A stretch of DNA of 64,000 nt from Candidatus Krumholzibacteriota bacterium (GTDB lineage Bacteria > Krumholzibacteriota > Krumholzibacteriia > JAJRXK01): positions 32,001 through 96,000 of the forward strand of contig CAVSGG010000005.1 of NCBI GenBank assembly GCA_963727455.1, read 5' to 3'. Each line of letters starts with the position of its first letter. Position 1 is the stretch's first letter. Below, in pieces: positions 19,650-29,882 of the stretch. The translations under genes were made by a program, and so were the position numbers. The notes beneath the pieces were generated by a model that was not told the origin of the DNA, did not search any database, and saw only the letters and a list, made by a program, of their open reading frames with translations.

Positions 19650-21206
19650 CTAGAGAGGAATGTTCCCGTGCTTCTTGCGGGGGGTTTCCTGCTTTTTGTT
19701 GCGCAGTCTACGCAGCGCGGCGATGAGCAGGGGGCGTGTGTCGCGCGGTTCGATGACATCATCGAGGTATCCCAGGCTCGCGGCCACGTAGGGATTCGCG
19801 AGTCTCGCCTCGTACTCCTGCACCCTCCGTTTGCGCGCGGCCTCGGGATCGTCGGCCTTCTCGATCTCCTTACGGTAGATGATGTTGACCGCGCCCTCGG
19901 GCCCCATCACCGCCAGCTCGGCGCTGGGCCAGGCTACGTTCCAATCGCCCCGGATGTGCTTGGAGCTCATCACGTCGTAAGCGCCACCGTAGGCCTTGCG
20001 AGTAATGACGGTCAGCTTGGGAACGGTTGCTTCGCAATAGGCGTAGAGCAGCTTTGCGCCGTGTTTAATGAGACCACCGAACTCTTGACGTGTGCCCGGC
20101 AAGAAGCCGGGGACGTCTTCGAAGGTAATTAGCGGGATGTTGAAGCAGTCGCAGCTGCGAACGAAGCGCGCTGCTTTCAAACTGGCGTCGATGTCGAGCA
20201 CTCCAGCCAGATTCTTCGGTTGGTTGCCCACGATGCCCACGCTGGCTCCCCCCAAGCGCGCGAATCCGCACACGATGTTTTGCGCGTAGGCGGGCTGAAT
20301 CTCCAGGAACTCCCCGTCGTCTACCACCAGCCGAATGACTTCCTTGATGTCGTAGGGTTGCTTGGGGCTGTCGGGAATGATCTCGTTCAGACGTTTCTCG
20401 CGGCGATCGATAGGATCGGTGCAGGCGACGGCGGGCGGATCCTCCAAATTGTTCTGCGGAAGGTAGCTCAGCAGCTTCTTCACCATCAAAAGGCACTCTT
20501 GATCGCTCTGAGCCTTCAGGTGGGCGACGCCGCTCTTCATGTTGTGCGTATCCGCTCCACCCAGTTCTTCGAAGGTGACGTCCTCGTTGGTGACCATCTT
20601 GATGACGTTCGGTCCGGTCACGAACATGTGGCTGGTCTTTTCCACCATGATCGTGAAATCGGTGATGGCGGGGCTGTACACCGCCCCCCCCGCGCAGGGT
20701 CCCATGATCGCGCTGATCTGAGGGACAACGCCGCTGGCCTGTGTGTTGCGCCAGAAGATCTCCGCATAGCCGGCAAGACTCTCGACACCCTCTTGGATAC
20801 GAGCGCCGCCGCTGTCGTTGAGACCGATGACGGGTGCGCCGTTCTGGAGAGCTTCGTCCATGATGCGGCAGATCTTCTCCGCATTGGCCATGCTCATGCT
20901 CCCCCCGAAGACCGTGAAATCCTGGGCGAAGAGATAGACCAGGCGGCCGTCGACTTTCCCTGCCCCGGTGACGATACCATCGCCCAAAGGCCGGGAACGT
21001 TCCATGCCCAGATCGTTGCAACGATGGGTCACGAAAACGCCGGTTTCCTGGAAGGAGCCCTCGTCGAGCAGGAGATGAATGCGCTCGCGGGCGGTGAGTC
21101 GACCGGATGCGTGGATCTTGTCAATCCTGGTCTGACCACCGCCGAGAAGGGCTTCTTGGTGCTTTTCCGCCAGCTCTTTGATCTTCTTCTGAATGTTCTC
21201 GCCCAT
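19650..21206 (-). CDS. pccB: Propionyl-CoA carboxylase beta (carboxyltransferase) subunit
   Basis: [55 protein letters not shown] end; start re-called to 21206. Confidence 0.93.
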   Translation of the reverse strand: MGENIQKKIKELAEKHQEALLGGGQTRIDKIHASGRLTARERIHLLLDEGSFQETGVFVTHRCNDLGMERSRPLGDGIVTGAGKVDGRLVYLFAQDFTVFGGSMSMANAEKICRIMDEALQNGAPVIGLNDSGGARIQEGVESLAGYAEIFWRNTQASGVVPQISAIMGPCAGGAVYSPAITDFTIMVEKTSHMFVTGPNVIKMVTNEDVTFEELGGADTHNMKSGVAHLKAQSDQECLLMVKKLLSYLPQNNLEDPPAVACTDPIDRREKRLNEIIPDSPKQPYDIKEVIRLVVDDGEFLEIQPAYAQNIVCGFARLGGASVGIVGNQPKNLAGVLDIDASLKAARFVRSCDCFNIPLITFEDVPGFLPGTRQEFGGLIKHGAKLLYAYCEATVPKLTVITRKAYGGAYDVMSSKHIRGDWNVAWPSAELAVMGPEGAVNIIYRKEIEKADDPEAARKRRVQEYEARLANPYVAASLGYLDDVIEPRDTRPLLIAALRRLRNKKQETPRKKHGNIPL

Positions 21207-21337
21207 AGTACCAAAGCTAGTTCCGAGGGGATGGTGGCGCGCGCGGCAGAGGGTGCCCGCGGCCGAGGAATCGTTCCAAAGGTCCAAGAGACCCTAGATT
21301 AGCAGAGGAGGAAAGCCAGTGCCGCAAAGAAAACGGA

Positions 21338-24070
21338 TCAGCGAACCACGAGCACCGAATTGACGGCACCGAAGCCGTCGGAAACGCGGCTGGAATTGGC
21401 TGGATCGGCAATCCAACGCGTTCCGTCCACGACCAGCTTGTATTGGAAACTGCCGGGACGAAGCCGGATCTCCGTGCGCCAGAGGCCATCGGCGCCACGC
21501 CGCAGGATGTTTGCCTTGGGGCTCCATCCGTTGAAACTCCCCACGACCGCGACGCTCGATGCCTTGGGATCGCGATAGGTGATGGGCACCAGGCGCATCT
21601 CCACTCGGGTCTGTTCCTCGCGAGTCCATAGGTTTTCAGCTGGGACCGAGCCCAAGTAGGCGTATCCATCGACCAGGCTCTTCAAGCGATAGTCCGCTGC
21701 GAAGAGCGGCGCGCCCGTAACGTCCTTCAGTCCGAGTCGAATCTTCGCCACCCCGCTCTCGTCCGCGACCACTTTCACGAGGAGGTAATTCGTTCCCGGG
21801 CTGAGTCGCAGTGAAGTCTCGAAAGTATCGTGGGCCAGGCGGGTACGTCCGAGCTCGTCGCCATTCACTTTCAGGAGTGCTTCGGTTCGCGATTCTAACT
21901 TCACTCTGGCATCGCGCGTGGCGGTCGAGACTGCGGTGAGGCCGTACCAGACCGCGCCGGGCGCGCCATGTCCCAGCATGACCGAACCGTCGGTGGCCAG
22001 AGCGCGGGGCTCGATGTGCTGCCAACGCTCCATTCCTTTCAAACCGGGATAGCTCTGCCCGAGACGCACCTGGAAATCGGGTCCCGCGGTCGTCGCGAGC
22101 GGAGAGCTCTCGCCGGGAGCGAAAGGTCCGACCGTGAGCCAACCGAAATGTACCGCAAAGCTCGCGTCGAGTTGGGCAGTGAGCCCATGGTCGTCGTAGA
22201 AGCGCCACTGCACCGGGTAGTCCCCGGGAGCTTTGTTCTCGGGCGCAATGATCTTCACCTTCCAGGTGCTGGTCGAGCGGGCGGGTAGCCTGAATTCGCG
22301 CGCAGCGCGCGGTTCCACTTCGAAGTCGGGAGGAACCACGATCTCGTAGCGGCCGTCGAGATCGCTGGTCAGGGCGTTTTCGAGCGAAACCTCAAAGCTG
22401 CGCGAGTGGTTATTTCCCTGAGGAAGCGCGAGGACAGTGGCCCGCATGGGGTCCACGATCGAACATGCCGGGGCATGCTTCGGGCCTCCCGCAGGGCCCC
22501 TGAGGATGACCCACCACAGCCCGGGATCCTGAGGCAGAGTGGGCAGCGTCGCATTCGCGCTCAATTTCCCCTGGGCCTCTAGGGTCAAGGGAACGAAGGC
22601 GCGGGTGAGGTGACCATCCGTCCAGGCCGCGGTCCATTCGCCGGGAATTTCGCGCTCGGCAGCCGAGACCCGGTCGAAGTGCAGGTGCAGGCTGGGACGA
22701 TGATCGCGAGTAACCACGCCCGGCAGAATCTGAGCACGGTAGGAGGATTCGGGCCGGCTCCGATACAACAGCTCCGCGGCATCGCGTTGCAACAGCCCGA
22801 TTGCGGTCGACAACCACTTGGCGGCGTCTCTCTCGTGGAAGCTGAAGGCCGCCGTTGCGTCGCTACCGTTCAGGCCCTGCTCCTTGAATTCTCTGGGATG
22901 CATGGCCTGACGCTCCCTGATGTCGAATTCCTGCCAGCGGTCAGCCCAGCCTTGGAGCATGGTCGCGACGGAATCCGGGACATCCTCCAGACGATCGCTG
23001 GCGTTCTGCAGGGCCAGACGGATGGCCGCGGTTTCCTCGGGACTGAAGATGTGAGCGCGGATGAGGAACTCGATCGCGACGCGGCTGCGCTGCAGGCGCT
23101 CCTGATTGGCAAGAACGGTGGGAATGGAAACCCGCTGGTCACCGAGATCGAGCTCCATGGGCCCCCGGTAGGGAAGATCCAGCTCCTGGAGAGTACCGCG
23201 AAGCAGGTCGTTCAACTCGGCGTCTCCCAAGAGTGCGACCGCTCGGCTCAACAGGATGGTGGTCTGATCCGTTCGCAAGAGATCGAGACCCGCTTGCAAG
23301 GGCCACCCCGAGGACGGATCGAGTCGCTGGGACATCCATGCCTTGGCTCGGGCGTCGTTTGGGCCGTCGAGGCTGCCTCCGGCCAGGAGTGAGTAGGCCA
23401 GACGCAGAGAAGCCCCTCGATCACAGGGGGCGCTCAGAGCGACGGGAACGAGGTCCGCCAAATCCGGCGAATGTTGTTGTCGATGCCCCAGAGAATCGTA
23501 GCGAGCATATCCACCGGTGGAGGGGTCATAGATGTTGCGCGCAATCCGGCGCTCCACGAGATCGCGGTCCCGCCACCAGATCAGGGCGTCGAAGACGTGA
23601 TCCGCCCGAAAGGCCATCCCGGCCAGTGCGCTCAGCTGGGTCATCTCCAGGGCGGGGAGGATGGCGGTGGTGCCTCGGGTGATGGGCATGGACTTCGGGA
23701 ACACTTCGGGACGCGCCTCCCAGGCCCCTCGATTCTGGGCGTCGAGGCGCTTGGAAAGCCAGAACTGCCAGCGGACCAAGGCCTTGTAGGTGACGGGATC
23801 GGGCTCCTCCAACTCGCGTTCTGCCTCGTTGACCACGCTGGCTAGCAGGGGGATCTGCAAGGGGTTGAAGCTCTTGGCCCGCTGATCGAGCTCCTCGGGA
23901 CGGGCTTGCGCCGTCCAGCTCAGAAAGTCCCTCAAAGCTACGTAGGATTCCACCACCTTCCCCGTGCTTTCCGCAGAGGGATCCATGGCTGCGGGGCGAA
24001 GCGCTGCGCAGAGTAGAGGGGTGAGCAGAAGTGGTGCGGCCGCTTTGAGCCAGCGGCGTCTCGTGGTCAT
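21338..24070 (-). CDS. Large exported hypothetical protein with C-terminal CBM48/AMPK-type glycogen-binding domain
   Basis: Start re-called to ATG 24070 (MTTRRRWLK + hydrophobic signal); C-terminal VAVVGSFNGW...YKLVVDG.RWIADP...DGFG..NS is a CBM48-type motif; NEW3-like Ig segment at about 22200-22410. Confidence 0.7.
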   Translation of the reverse strand: MTTRRRWLKAAAPLLLTPLLCAALRPAAMDPSAESTGKVVESYVALRDFLSWTAQARPEELDQRAKSFNPLQIPLLASVVNEAERELEEPDPVTYKALVRWQFWLSKRLDAQNRGAWEARPEVFPKSMPITRGTTAILPALEMTQLSALAGMAFRADHVFDALIWWRDRDLVERRIARNIYDPSTGGYARYDSLGHRQQHSPDLADLVPVALSAPCDRGASLRLAYSLLAGGSLDGPNDARAKAWMSQRLDPSSGWPLQAGLDLLRTDQTTILLSRAVALLGDAELNDLLRGTLQELDLPYRGPMELDLGDQRVSIPTVLANQERLQRSRVAIEFLIRAHIFSPEETAAIRLALQNASDRLEDVPDSVATMLQGWADRWQEFDIRERQAMHPREFKEQGLNGSDATAAFSFHERDAAKWLSTAIGLLQRDAAELLYRSRPESSYRAQILPGVVTRDHRPSLHLHFDRVSAAEREIPGEWTAAWTDGHLTRAFVPLTLEAQGKLSANATLPTLPQDPGLWWVILRGPAGGPKHAPACSIVDPMRATVLALPQGNNHSRSFEVSLENALTSDLDGRYEIVVPPDFEVEPRAAREFRLPARSTSTWKVKIIAPENKAPGDYPVQWRFYDDHGLTAQLDASFAVHFGWLTVGPFAPGESSPLATTAGPDFQVRLGQSYPGLKGMERWQHIEPRALATDGSVMLGHGAPGAVWYGLTAVSTATRDARVKLESRTEALLKVNGDELGRTRLAHDTFETSLRLSPGTNYLLVKVVADESGVAKIRLGLKDVTGAPLFAADYRLKSLVDGYAYLGSVPAENLWTREEQTRVEMRLVPITYRDPKASSVAVVGSFNGWSPKANILRRGADGLWRTEIRLRPGSFQYKLVVDGTRWIADPANSSRVSDGFGAVNSVLVVR

Positions 24071-24197
24071 GACGGAAGCTCTGAGGCTGCAAGAGGCAGG
24101 CCAAGGAGTTCCTTGTCGTCTCGGCACTTCGGTGCTTTTGTGAAGGTTCCCATCCCGGCGGCCACGCGTTCGCCGGTAAGCCCAGTGAGGTGTCCAG

Positions 24198-25370
24198 ATG
24201 TTCCAAACCCAAGCCAGTGTTGCCTCTGCCGTACGTACTCCGATCGGGCGCTTTCTCGGGTCCCTCTCCGGCCGGAGCGCCATTGAATTGGGGATCTTCG
24301 CCGCCCGCGCCGCCATCGAGCGGGCTGGTCTGCAGGCGCGCGACATCGACTTGACCATCGTGGGCAACGCCCGGCCGGCCGGACTGGGTCCCAATCCAGC
24401 CCGGCAGATCGCGATCGGGACCGGCGTGCCGCAGGACAAGGTAGCCTACACCCTGAACATGGCCTGCGGCAGCAGCAGCACCGCGATCATTCTGGGTATC
24501 CAGGCTCTCACTCTGGGCAAGGCCAAGCGCGTGCTGGTGGGGGGAAGCGAGAACATGTCGCGCGTGCCCTATCTCTTGACGGAGGCGCGCATGGGCTACC
24601 GCATGGGTCACGCCCCGGTCGTGGACGGGATGTATCGCGACGGATTCGATTGTCCCATCGCCAAGCAGGTCATGGGACTCACTGCCGAGACTCTGGCGCG
24701 CGAATACGAAGTCTCGCGGGCGGAGCAGGACCGTTACGCTCTCATGTCTCAGACCCGCGCGGCGAAGGCATGGGAGGAGCGGGCGTTCGACGCGGAAATC
24801 AAAGCAATTCCTGCCGAGGGAAAACTGCCGGGACTGGACCACGATGAACACCTCCGGCCCAACACCACCTTGGAGAAGCTCGCCAAACTCCCGACCGTCT
24901 TCGAGGAAAACGGTACCGTGACCGCGGGCTCCAGCAGCGGACTCACCGACGCGGCGTGCATGCTGGTCCTCGAAAAACCGGGCCTGCGAGAGAAGCCACT
25001 GGCCTCCATTCTGGAGAGCGAGAGCGCGGGCGTCGATCCCGCGCGGATGGGCCTGGGACCGGTTCCCGCCACGCGCGCACTCATGGAACGCTGTGGACTG
25101 AGCATCGACGATTTCGATCTCATTGAGTTGAACGAGGCATTTGCGGCCCAAGTTCTCGCGTGCCAGCGGGAGCTTCAATTCGACATGGAGAAGACCAACC
25201 TCCAGGGAGGCGCCATCGCGCTGGGCCATCCCATCGGAGCCACCGGCGCTCGCATCACCACCACTCTCATCCACGCACTTCGCCGTCACGGAAAAGGCCT
25301 GGGTCTCTCTACCTTGTGCGTGAGCGGTGGTTTGGGAGTCTCGATTCTGGTGCGAAACGAAGAGGCCTAG
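24198..25370 (+). CDS. Acetyl-CoA C-acyltransferase (thiolase)
   Basis: RTPIG, NMACGSS, NEAFAAQ, GHPIGATG, LCVSGG. Confidence 0.92.
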   Translation: MFQTQASVASAVRTPIGRFLGSLSGRSAIELGIFAARAAIERAGLQARDIDLTIVGNARPAGLGPNPARQIAIGTGVPQDKVAYTLNMACGSSSTAIILGIQALTLGKAKRVLVGGSENMSRVPYLLTEARMGYRMGHAPVVDGMYRDGFDCPIAKQVMGLTAETLAREYEVSRAEQDRYALMSQTRAAKAWEERAFDAEIKAIPAEGKLPGLDHDEHLRPNTTLEKLAKLPTVFEENGTVTAGSSSGLTDAACMLVLEKPGLREKPLASILESESAGVDPARMGLGPVPATRALMERCGLSIDDFDLIELNEAFAAQVLACQRELQFDMEKTNLQGGAIALGHPIGATGARITTTLIHALRRHGKGLGLSTLCVSGGLGVSILVRNEEA

Positions 25371-25394
25371 TCCCCAATTGGCAGGACGCGAACT

Positions 25395-26813
25395 TCAACG
25401 GTAAGTGCGGAACCGCAAAATCGTGGATTCGCCGGGCTCGACCCGCACCGTCTCAAAGGTCGCAGTGCGGCCCACTTGGCCCATGCTGTCCAGACATTCG
25501 ACCACGACTCGATGATCTCCGGCGGGAACGCGGAGTTGCGCTACGTGAATCCGATCGGGCAGGGTGCTCCACGAACGGGTGTCGGCGCGCTCCGTCGCAA
25601 CCGAAGTGATGTTCGCGAGAAAGCCCGAGAGTTCCCCTTTGTCCGTTGCCGTCTTGGTTACCCTCCACTTGGCGAGCGCCCGCAGAATCGTTCGCAGTAG
25701 GCGTTTGCCGGCCCCCTCGTCGAAAGTGAGTTGAGCGATGCCTGAAACGTCTTCAGCCAGTTCCGTGGTCCGGCTTTTTCCGTCCGTGCACAAGCGGGCA
25801 TGGGTGAGTACGGGTGGTGTGGATACCATGGCCGGCAATGCGACGCGCAACCAGTAAGCCACCTTCACTTCCTTCCGTTTCACCCAAACCCTGCGCCGGC
25901 CGCGGCGCGTGAGGACCGTCGCCATCTCGGCGTCGTTTTGATCCTTGTCCGATTCCAAGATGGGGAAGAAAGCCGCGTCTTCCTCGAGGTGATTCACGAA
26001 GCCGCTCTCGTAGATGAGAACGATGCGTCCCTCGTTGGGACCGAGCGGTTTGAGCTCGTCCTCTAGTTCAGGATGCGCGTCCAGGATCTCGTTGGCTTCG
26101 TCGGTGAATCCAAAGCGGCGCGCCCAATCCAGGTAGTCGAGAATGAAGGCTTCAGGCATCGGGGTACCGAAGAGCTTCTCGTATTCCTCGTAGGCTGACT
26201 TGCCGCGGCGCGCTGCCACCAGGGTGGAATTCCCATCGCTGTCCTCGGCGAAGATCATCCCGGACAGCCACTCTGCGAAGGCGTCGTCTGTGTAGCCCTG
26301 TTTGTCCTCCCGGATCAGTGCGAGCTGATCCAGTCGAAGTCCCGCGCGTCGGCACTCCACGAGAGCATCCTGGTGGTTTCCTTCGAAGAGGTAATTCAGG
26401 GCTCCGTAGACGTGCAAGAGCACTTGCTCGTGGGGATAGCCGCTGTAGGGGAGAGTCGCGTCGTTCGTCAGGAACGCCAGGGCCTGGCCGCTGACGCTCT
26501 TGGTGAATTGGTCCTCGATCTTGGAGTCCGCGAGTTGAAAAGCCTGATTGCTCTCCTCGTAACGCTCGGCATAGTGGTAGAGCAAGCCGCGTTGCAAGAG
26601 GTTCAGAACGTCGGGATCATCTCCGCCCTTCTTCTCCGTCGCCTGCACCGCTTTGGGTAGATCATCCTGCAGTAGATCGTCACGGAGCTGATTGGAAAAG
26701 GTGCTGTAGGTGGAGCATGCACTCAGCCCGAACACGGCGCTGAGGGCGAGCACCGTGGAGATGAGCACGCGCCGCAAACGACGCGTGCCGTATCGTCCCG
26801 ACCGAGGGTTCAT
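25395..26813 (-). CDS. COG3014-like TPR lipoprotein (LpoB-operon partner)
   Basis: Lipobox LSAC; ND..LPY.G..HE and C-terminal ERADTRSWSTLP motif; directly downstream of the lpoB-like gene. Confidence 0.75.
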   Translation of the reverse strand: MNPRSGRYGTRRLRRVLISTVLALSAVFGLSACSTYSTFSNQLRDDLLQDDLPKAVQATEKKGGDDPDVLNLLQRGLLYHYAERYEESNQAFQLADSKIEDQFTKSVSGQALAFLTNDATLPYSGYPHEQVLLHVYGALNYLFEGNHQDALVECRRAGLRLDQLALIREDKQGYTDDAFAEWLSGMIFAEDSDGNSTLVAARRGKSAYEEYEKLFGTPMPEAFILDYLDWARRFGFTDEANEILDAHPELEDELKPLGPNEGRIVLIYESGFVNHLEEDAAFFPILESDKDQNDAEMATVLTRRGRRRVWVKRKEVKVAYWLRVALPAMVSTPPVLTHARLCTDGKSRTTELAEDVSGIAQLTFDEGAGKRLLRTILRALAKWRVTKTATDKGELSGFLANITSVATERADTRSWSTLPDRIHVAQLRVPAGDHRVVVECLDSMGQVGRTATFETVRVEPGESTILRFRTYR

Positions 26814-26823
26814 GTCGAATTAC

Positions 26824-27444
26824 TCAGGCCTTGTACTTGCTCTTGCCGATGTACTTCTTGATTTGCTTCTGGCCGATCCAGACTTTCTCGTTGGTCTGGA
26901 TGTCGATCAACTCGAGATTGGTCTGGTAGAAGACGACCTTGTCCTTGCCCTCTTCGTCGACGATCGAGCCGAGCGAACCGATGAGCATATAATCCGCGCC
27001 GAGCTCCATCCCCATCTGCTTCACCGTGGCGGGGTCCGACCAATCCTGCTGCGAATCCCGCTCTTCACGGACCTCGCCGCGTTCGTCACGAGATGCCACG
27101 ACGCGTACCCGGCCACTATTGATGAATGCAATTTCGAGGTTCTTGGTGAAGATGTTGGTATCGATGTGCTCGCTGCTGTTGTTGCGAACGGTTCCCACGA
27201 TGATAGTCGGACGGTCGGAGTGAGTCGCTTCGAAGCGCGCCAGCCAGGGCTGGGACAGCACCTGAGCGATCATCTCTTCGGAGACCAAACGGGAATCGGT
27301 GTCGTTCCAGTTTCCGCTGATATCCACAGTGGTGTCCGTGCCGATCCGCTGCACGGACTTACCACCGCAGGCGGTCAGAGAAGCCAAGGCGGCGGCCAGG
27401 AAAAGCGCAAGAAGCACTCCACGGGATAGTGTGACTCGAGACAT
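26824..27444 (-). CDS. lpoB: Penicillin-binding protein activator LpoB-like lipoprotein
   Basis: Lipobox LTAC; DISGNWNDTD, N.SSEHIDT, GADYML.G, KVWIG...IKK; ATG 27444 after GGAGG. Confidence 0.8.
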   Translation of the reverse strand: MSRVTLSRGVLLALFLAAALASLTACGGKSVQRIGTDTTVDISGNWNDTDSRLVSEEMIAQVLSQPWLARFEATHSDRPTIIVGTVRNNSSEHIDTNIFTKNLEIAFINSGRVRVVASRDERGEVREERDSQQDWSDPATVKQMGMELGADYMLIGSLGSIVDEEGKDKVVFYQTNLELIDIQTNEKVWIGQKQIKKYIGKSKYKA

Positions 27445-27674
27445 GTGCAAGACCTCCATCGGGGCAGACAAACTCAGAAAATGGCGGTTGACGCATTTGC
27501 AAGAGTCGCGCCAGCACTCTGCCGGGAGGCTAGTGCACGTCCGCCGGGAGCACAACAAGAGGATGTGGGCGGCGACCGATTCTACGAGCGCGTGCGCCTG
27601 TCGTTGTCCGATACCGGGGGCTGTGGTACAAACACGGGCGTGACGCGGGTCTCACAACCAGGAAGAAGGACGTC

Positions 27675-28457
27675 ATGGAGTTCCAGAATCTCTTGTACAC
27701 GGTGGAGGAGGGCATCGCCACCGTCATCATCAACCGTCCAAAGGCCCTCAATGCACTGAACCGGGAGACTCTCGCCGAGTTGGCGACGGTGATGGACGAA
27801 CTGAGCGCCGACGAGGACGTACGTGCCATCATCCTCACGGGAGCGGGAGAAAAGGCCTTCGTGGCCGGAGCGGACATCAGGGAATTGGCCGCGAATAGCG
27901 CGCTCGAGAGCAATGATCATTCGAAGTTTGGCCAGAGCCTGATGGACCTCATCGAGGACCTCGGGGTTCCCACCATCGCCGCCATCAACGGTTTCGCCCT
28001 GGGTGGCGGGCTCGAGCTGGCCATGGCCTGTACTTTCAGGATCGCCAGCACCAGTGCCAAGATGGGCCAACCCGAAGTAAACCTGGCGATCATTCCGGGC
28101 TTCGGAGGCACGCAACGGCTGCCCCGTCTGGTGGGTCAGGGTCGAGCCATGCACATGGTCCTCACCGGAGACCCCGTCGACGCTGAGACCGCGTTGCAGT
28201 ACGGGCTCGTAACCGAGGTCCACGAGCCTGAGGCGCTTCTCGACGCGGCCAAGGTCCTGGCACGAAAGCTCTCGTCGAAGAGTTCCTTCACTCTGCGTGT
28301 GGCGGAGGAAACCGTGCGTCGTGGCATGCACATGGGCCTGGCAGAAGCCCTAGCTTACGAGTCGAGCCAGTTCGGTCTGGCGGCGGCGGCCGAGGACTAT
28401 CAGGAGGGGATGAGGGCTTTCCTGGAGAAGCGAAAAGCGGAGTTTCACGGGCGCTGA
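27675..28457 (+). CDS. Enoyl-CoA hydratase / crotonase
   Basis: INRPKALNAL, AFVAGADI, GFALGGGLELA, GQPEV.L.IIPGFGGTQRL. Confidence 0.92.
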   Translation: MEFQNLLYTVEEGIATVIINRPKALNALNRETLAELATVMDELSADEDVRAIILTGAGEKAFVAGADIRELAANSALESNDHSKFGQSLMDLIEDLGVPTIAAINGFALGGGLELAMACTFRIASTSAKMGQPEVNLAIIPGFGGTQRLPRLVGQGRAMHMVLTGDPVDAETALQYGLVTEVHEPEALLDAAKVLARKLSSKSSFTLRVAEETVRRGMHMGLAEALAYESSQFGLAAAAEDYQEGMRAFLEKRKAEFHGR

Positions 28458-28602
28458 GGGTTTGCTGAATTGTGTACGGATGATCGTTCGGCGTCGCCGG
28501 GCGTTTCCGCTATATTGTCTGCCGAAATCAGGCTCGCGGGACGGCGATCTACCTCGCGCGAAGCCCATCAGAACACAACCAAAAACAGAAGAGGAATGAG
28601 CA

Positions 28603-29823
28603 GTGGAGAGCGCCTACATCGTAGCGGGAGCGCGTACGCCCATGGCGGAATGGGCCGGAGGCAAGACGGGCGAAGGAAAACTGGGAGGAGCATTCGCCAG
28701 GATCAGTGCCATCGATCTCGGCGTGCATGCCTCCAAGGCGGCTCTGAAGAAGAGCGGAATCTCGGCGGAGAGGGTCGATGAGGTGATTTTCGGCAACGCG
28801 CTCCAAACCTCTCCCGACGCCATCTACGGGGCACGCCACGTGGCGTTGAAGGCCGGTGTTCCCAAGGAGCGGCCGGCCCTCACCGTCAATCGGCTCTGTG
28901 GCTCGGGCATCGAGGCCGTAGTCCAGGCCGAGGCTCGGATTCTCCTCGGACACAGCAAGATCGTCCTGGCCGGCGGCATGGAAAACCTCTCACAAGCGCC
29001 TTTCGTGGTGCGCGGCGCGCGCCAGGGTCTGAAGCTCGGGCAGGGTGAGCTCGAAGACTACCTGATGGCCTCGCTCATGGATTCCTATTCCAAGTGTTAC
29101 ATGGCAGTTACTGCGGAAAATTTGGCTCGGGATTTCTCCATCTCGCGCGAGGCACAGGACGAGTTCGCCCTCCGTTCGTTCAACGCGGCAGAGAAGGCCA
29201 TACAGAGCGGAGTTCTCGACGAGGAAGTCGCTCCGATTGAAGTCCCACTGGGACGCGGCAAGAGCGTGAGTTTTCAGCACGACGATCATTTCTTTCCCAA
29301 CTGCACCATGGAAGGACTCAGCAAACTGCGCCCTGCATTCGCCAAGGACGGCTTCGTCACGCCGGGGAACGCGAGTGGACTGGTGGATGGCGCGGCCGCG
29401 GTACTCGTCATGAAAGAGAGCACCGTGAAGGAGAACAAGCTGGATCCTCTGGCCAGAGTCGTCACCCACGCGGTAGTGGGAGTCGAGCCCACGCGTATGG
29501 GAATCGGACCGGTACCCGCCATTTCAGCCGTACTGCAAAAGGCCGAGCTCGAATTGGCTGAGATCGACCGCTTCGAAATCAACGAAGCATTTGCGGCGCA
29601 ATATCTCGCGGTGGAGAAGGAACTCGGCTTGGATCGGGAGAAGGTGAACGTCAACGGAGGCGCCATCGCGATCGGCCATCCCCTGGCGGCTACCGGCACC
29701 CGCCTGCTCTTGACCTTGGGACTGGAGCTCAGGCGACAGAAGCTTCGTTACGGTATCGCCAGCGCTTGCATCGGCGGGGGACAGGGCATTGCGATGCTCA
29801 TCGAGAATCCGCAGGCCGCTTGA
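28603..29823 (+). CDS. Acetyl-CoA C-acyltransferase (thiolase)
   Basis: NRLCGSG, NEAFAAQ, GHPLAATG, ACIGGGQG. Confidence 0.92.
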   Translation: MESAYIVAGARTPMAEWAGGKTGEGKLGGAFARISAIDLGVHASKAALKKSGISAERVDEVIFGNALQTSPDAIYGARHVALKAGVPKERPALTVNRLCGSGIEAVVQAEARILLGHSKIVLAGGMENLSQAPFVVRGARQGLKLGQGELEDYLMASLMDSYSKCYMAVTAENLARDFSISREAQDEFALRSFNAAEKAIQSGVLDEEVAPIEVPLGRGKSVSFQHDDHFFPNCTMEGLSKLRPAFAKDGFVTPGNASGLVDGAAAVLVMKESTVKENKLDPLARVVTHAVVGVEPTRMGIGPVPAISAVLQKAELELAEIDRFEINEAFAAQYLAVEKELGLDREKVNVNGGAIAIGHPLAATGTRLLLTLGLELRRQKLRYGIASACIGGGQGIAMLIENPQAA

Positions 29824-29882
29824 TTCGAGCTGGCGGGTAAGATGACTGAGATCATCAACGAGCAGAGGAGAGAGCTTCGATC

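Noticed and set aside
23526-25289. 587-aa minus-strand ORF, and the 24071-24439 extension of the CBM48 protein
   Set aside because: Antisense to a clear thiolase; shadow frames.
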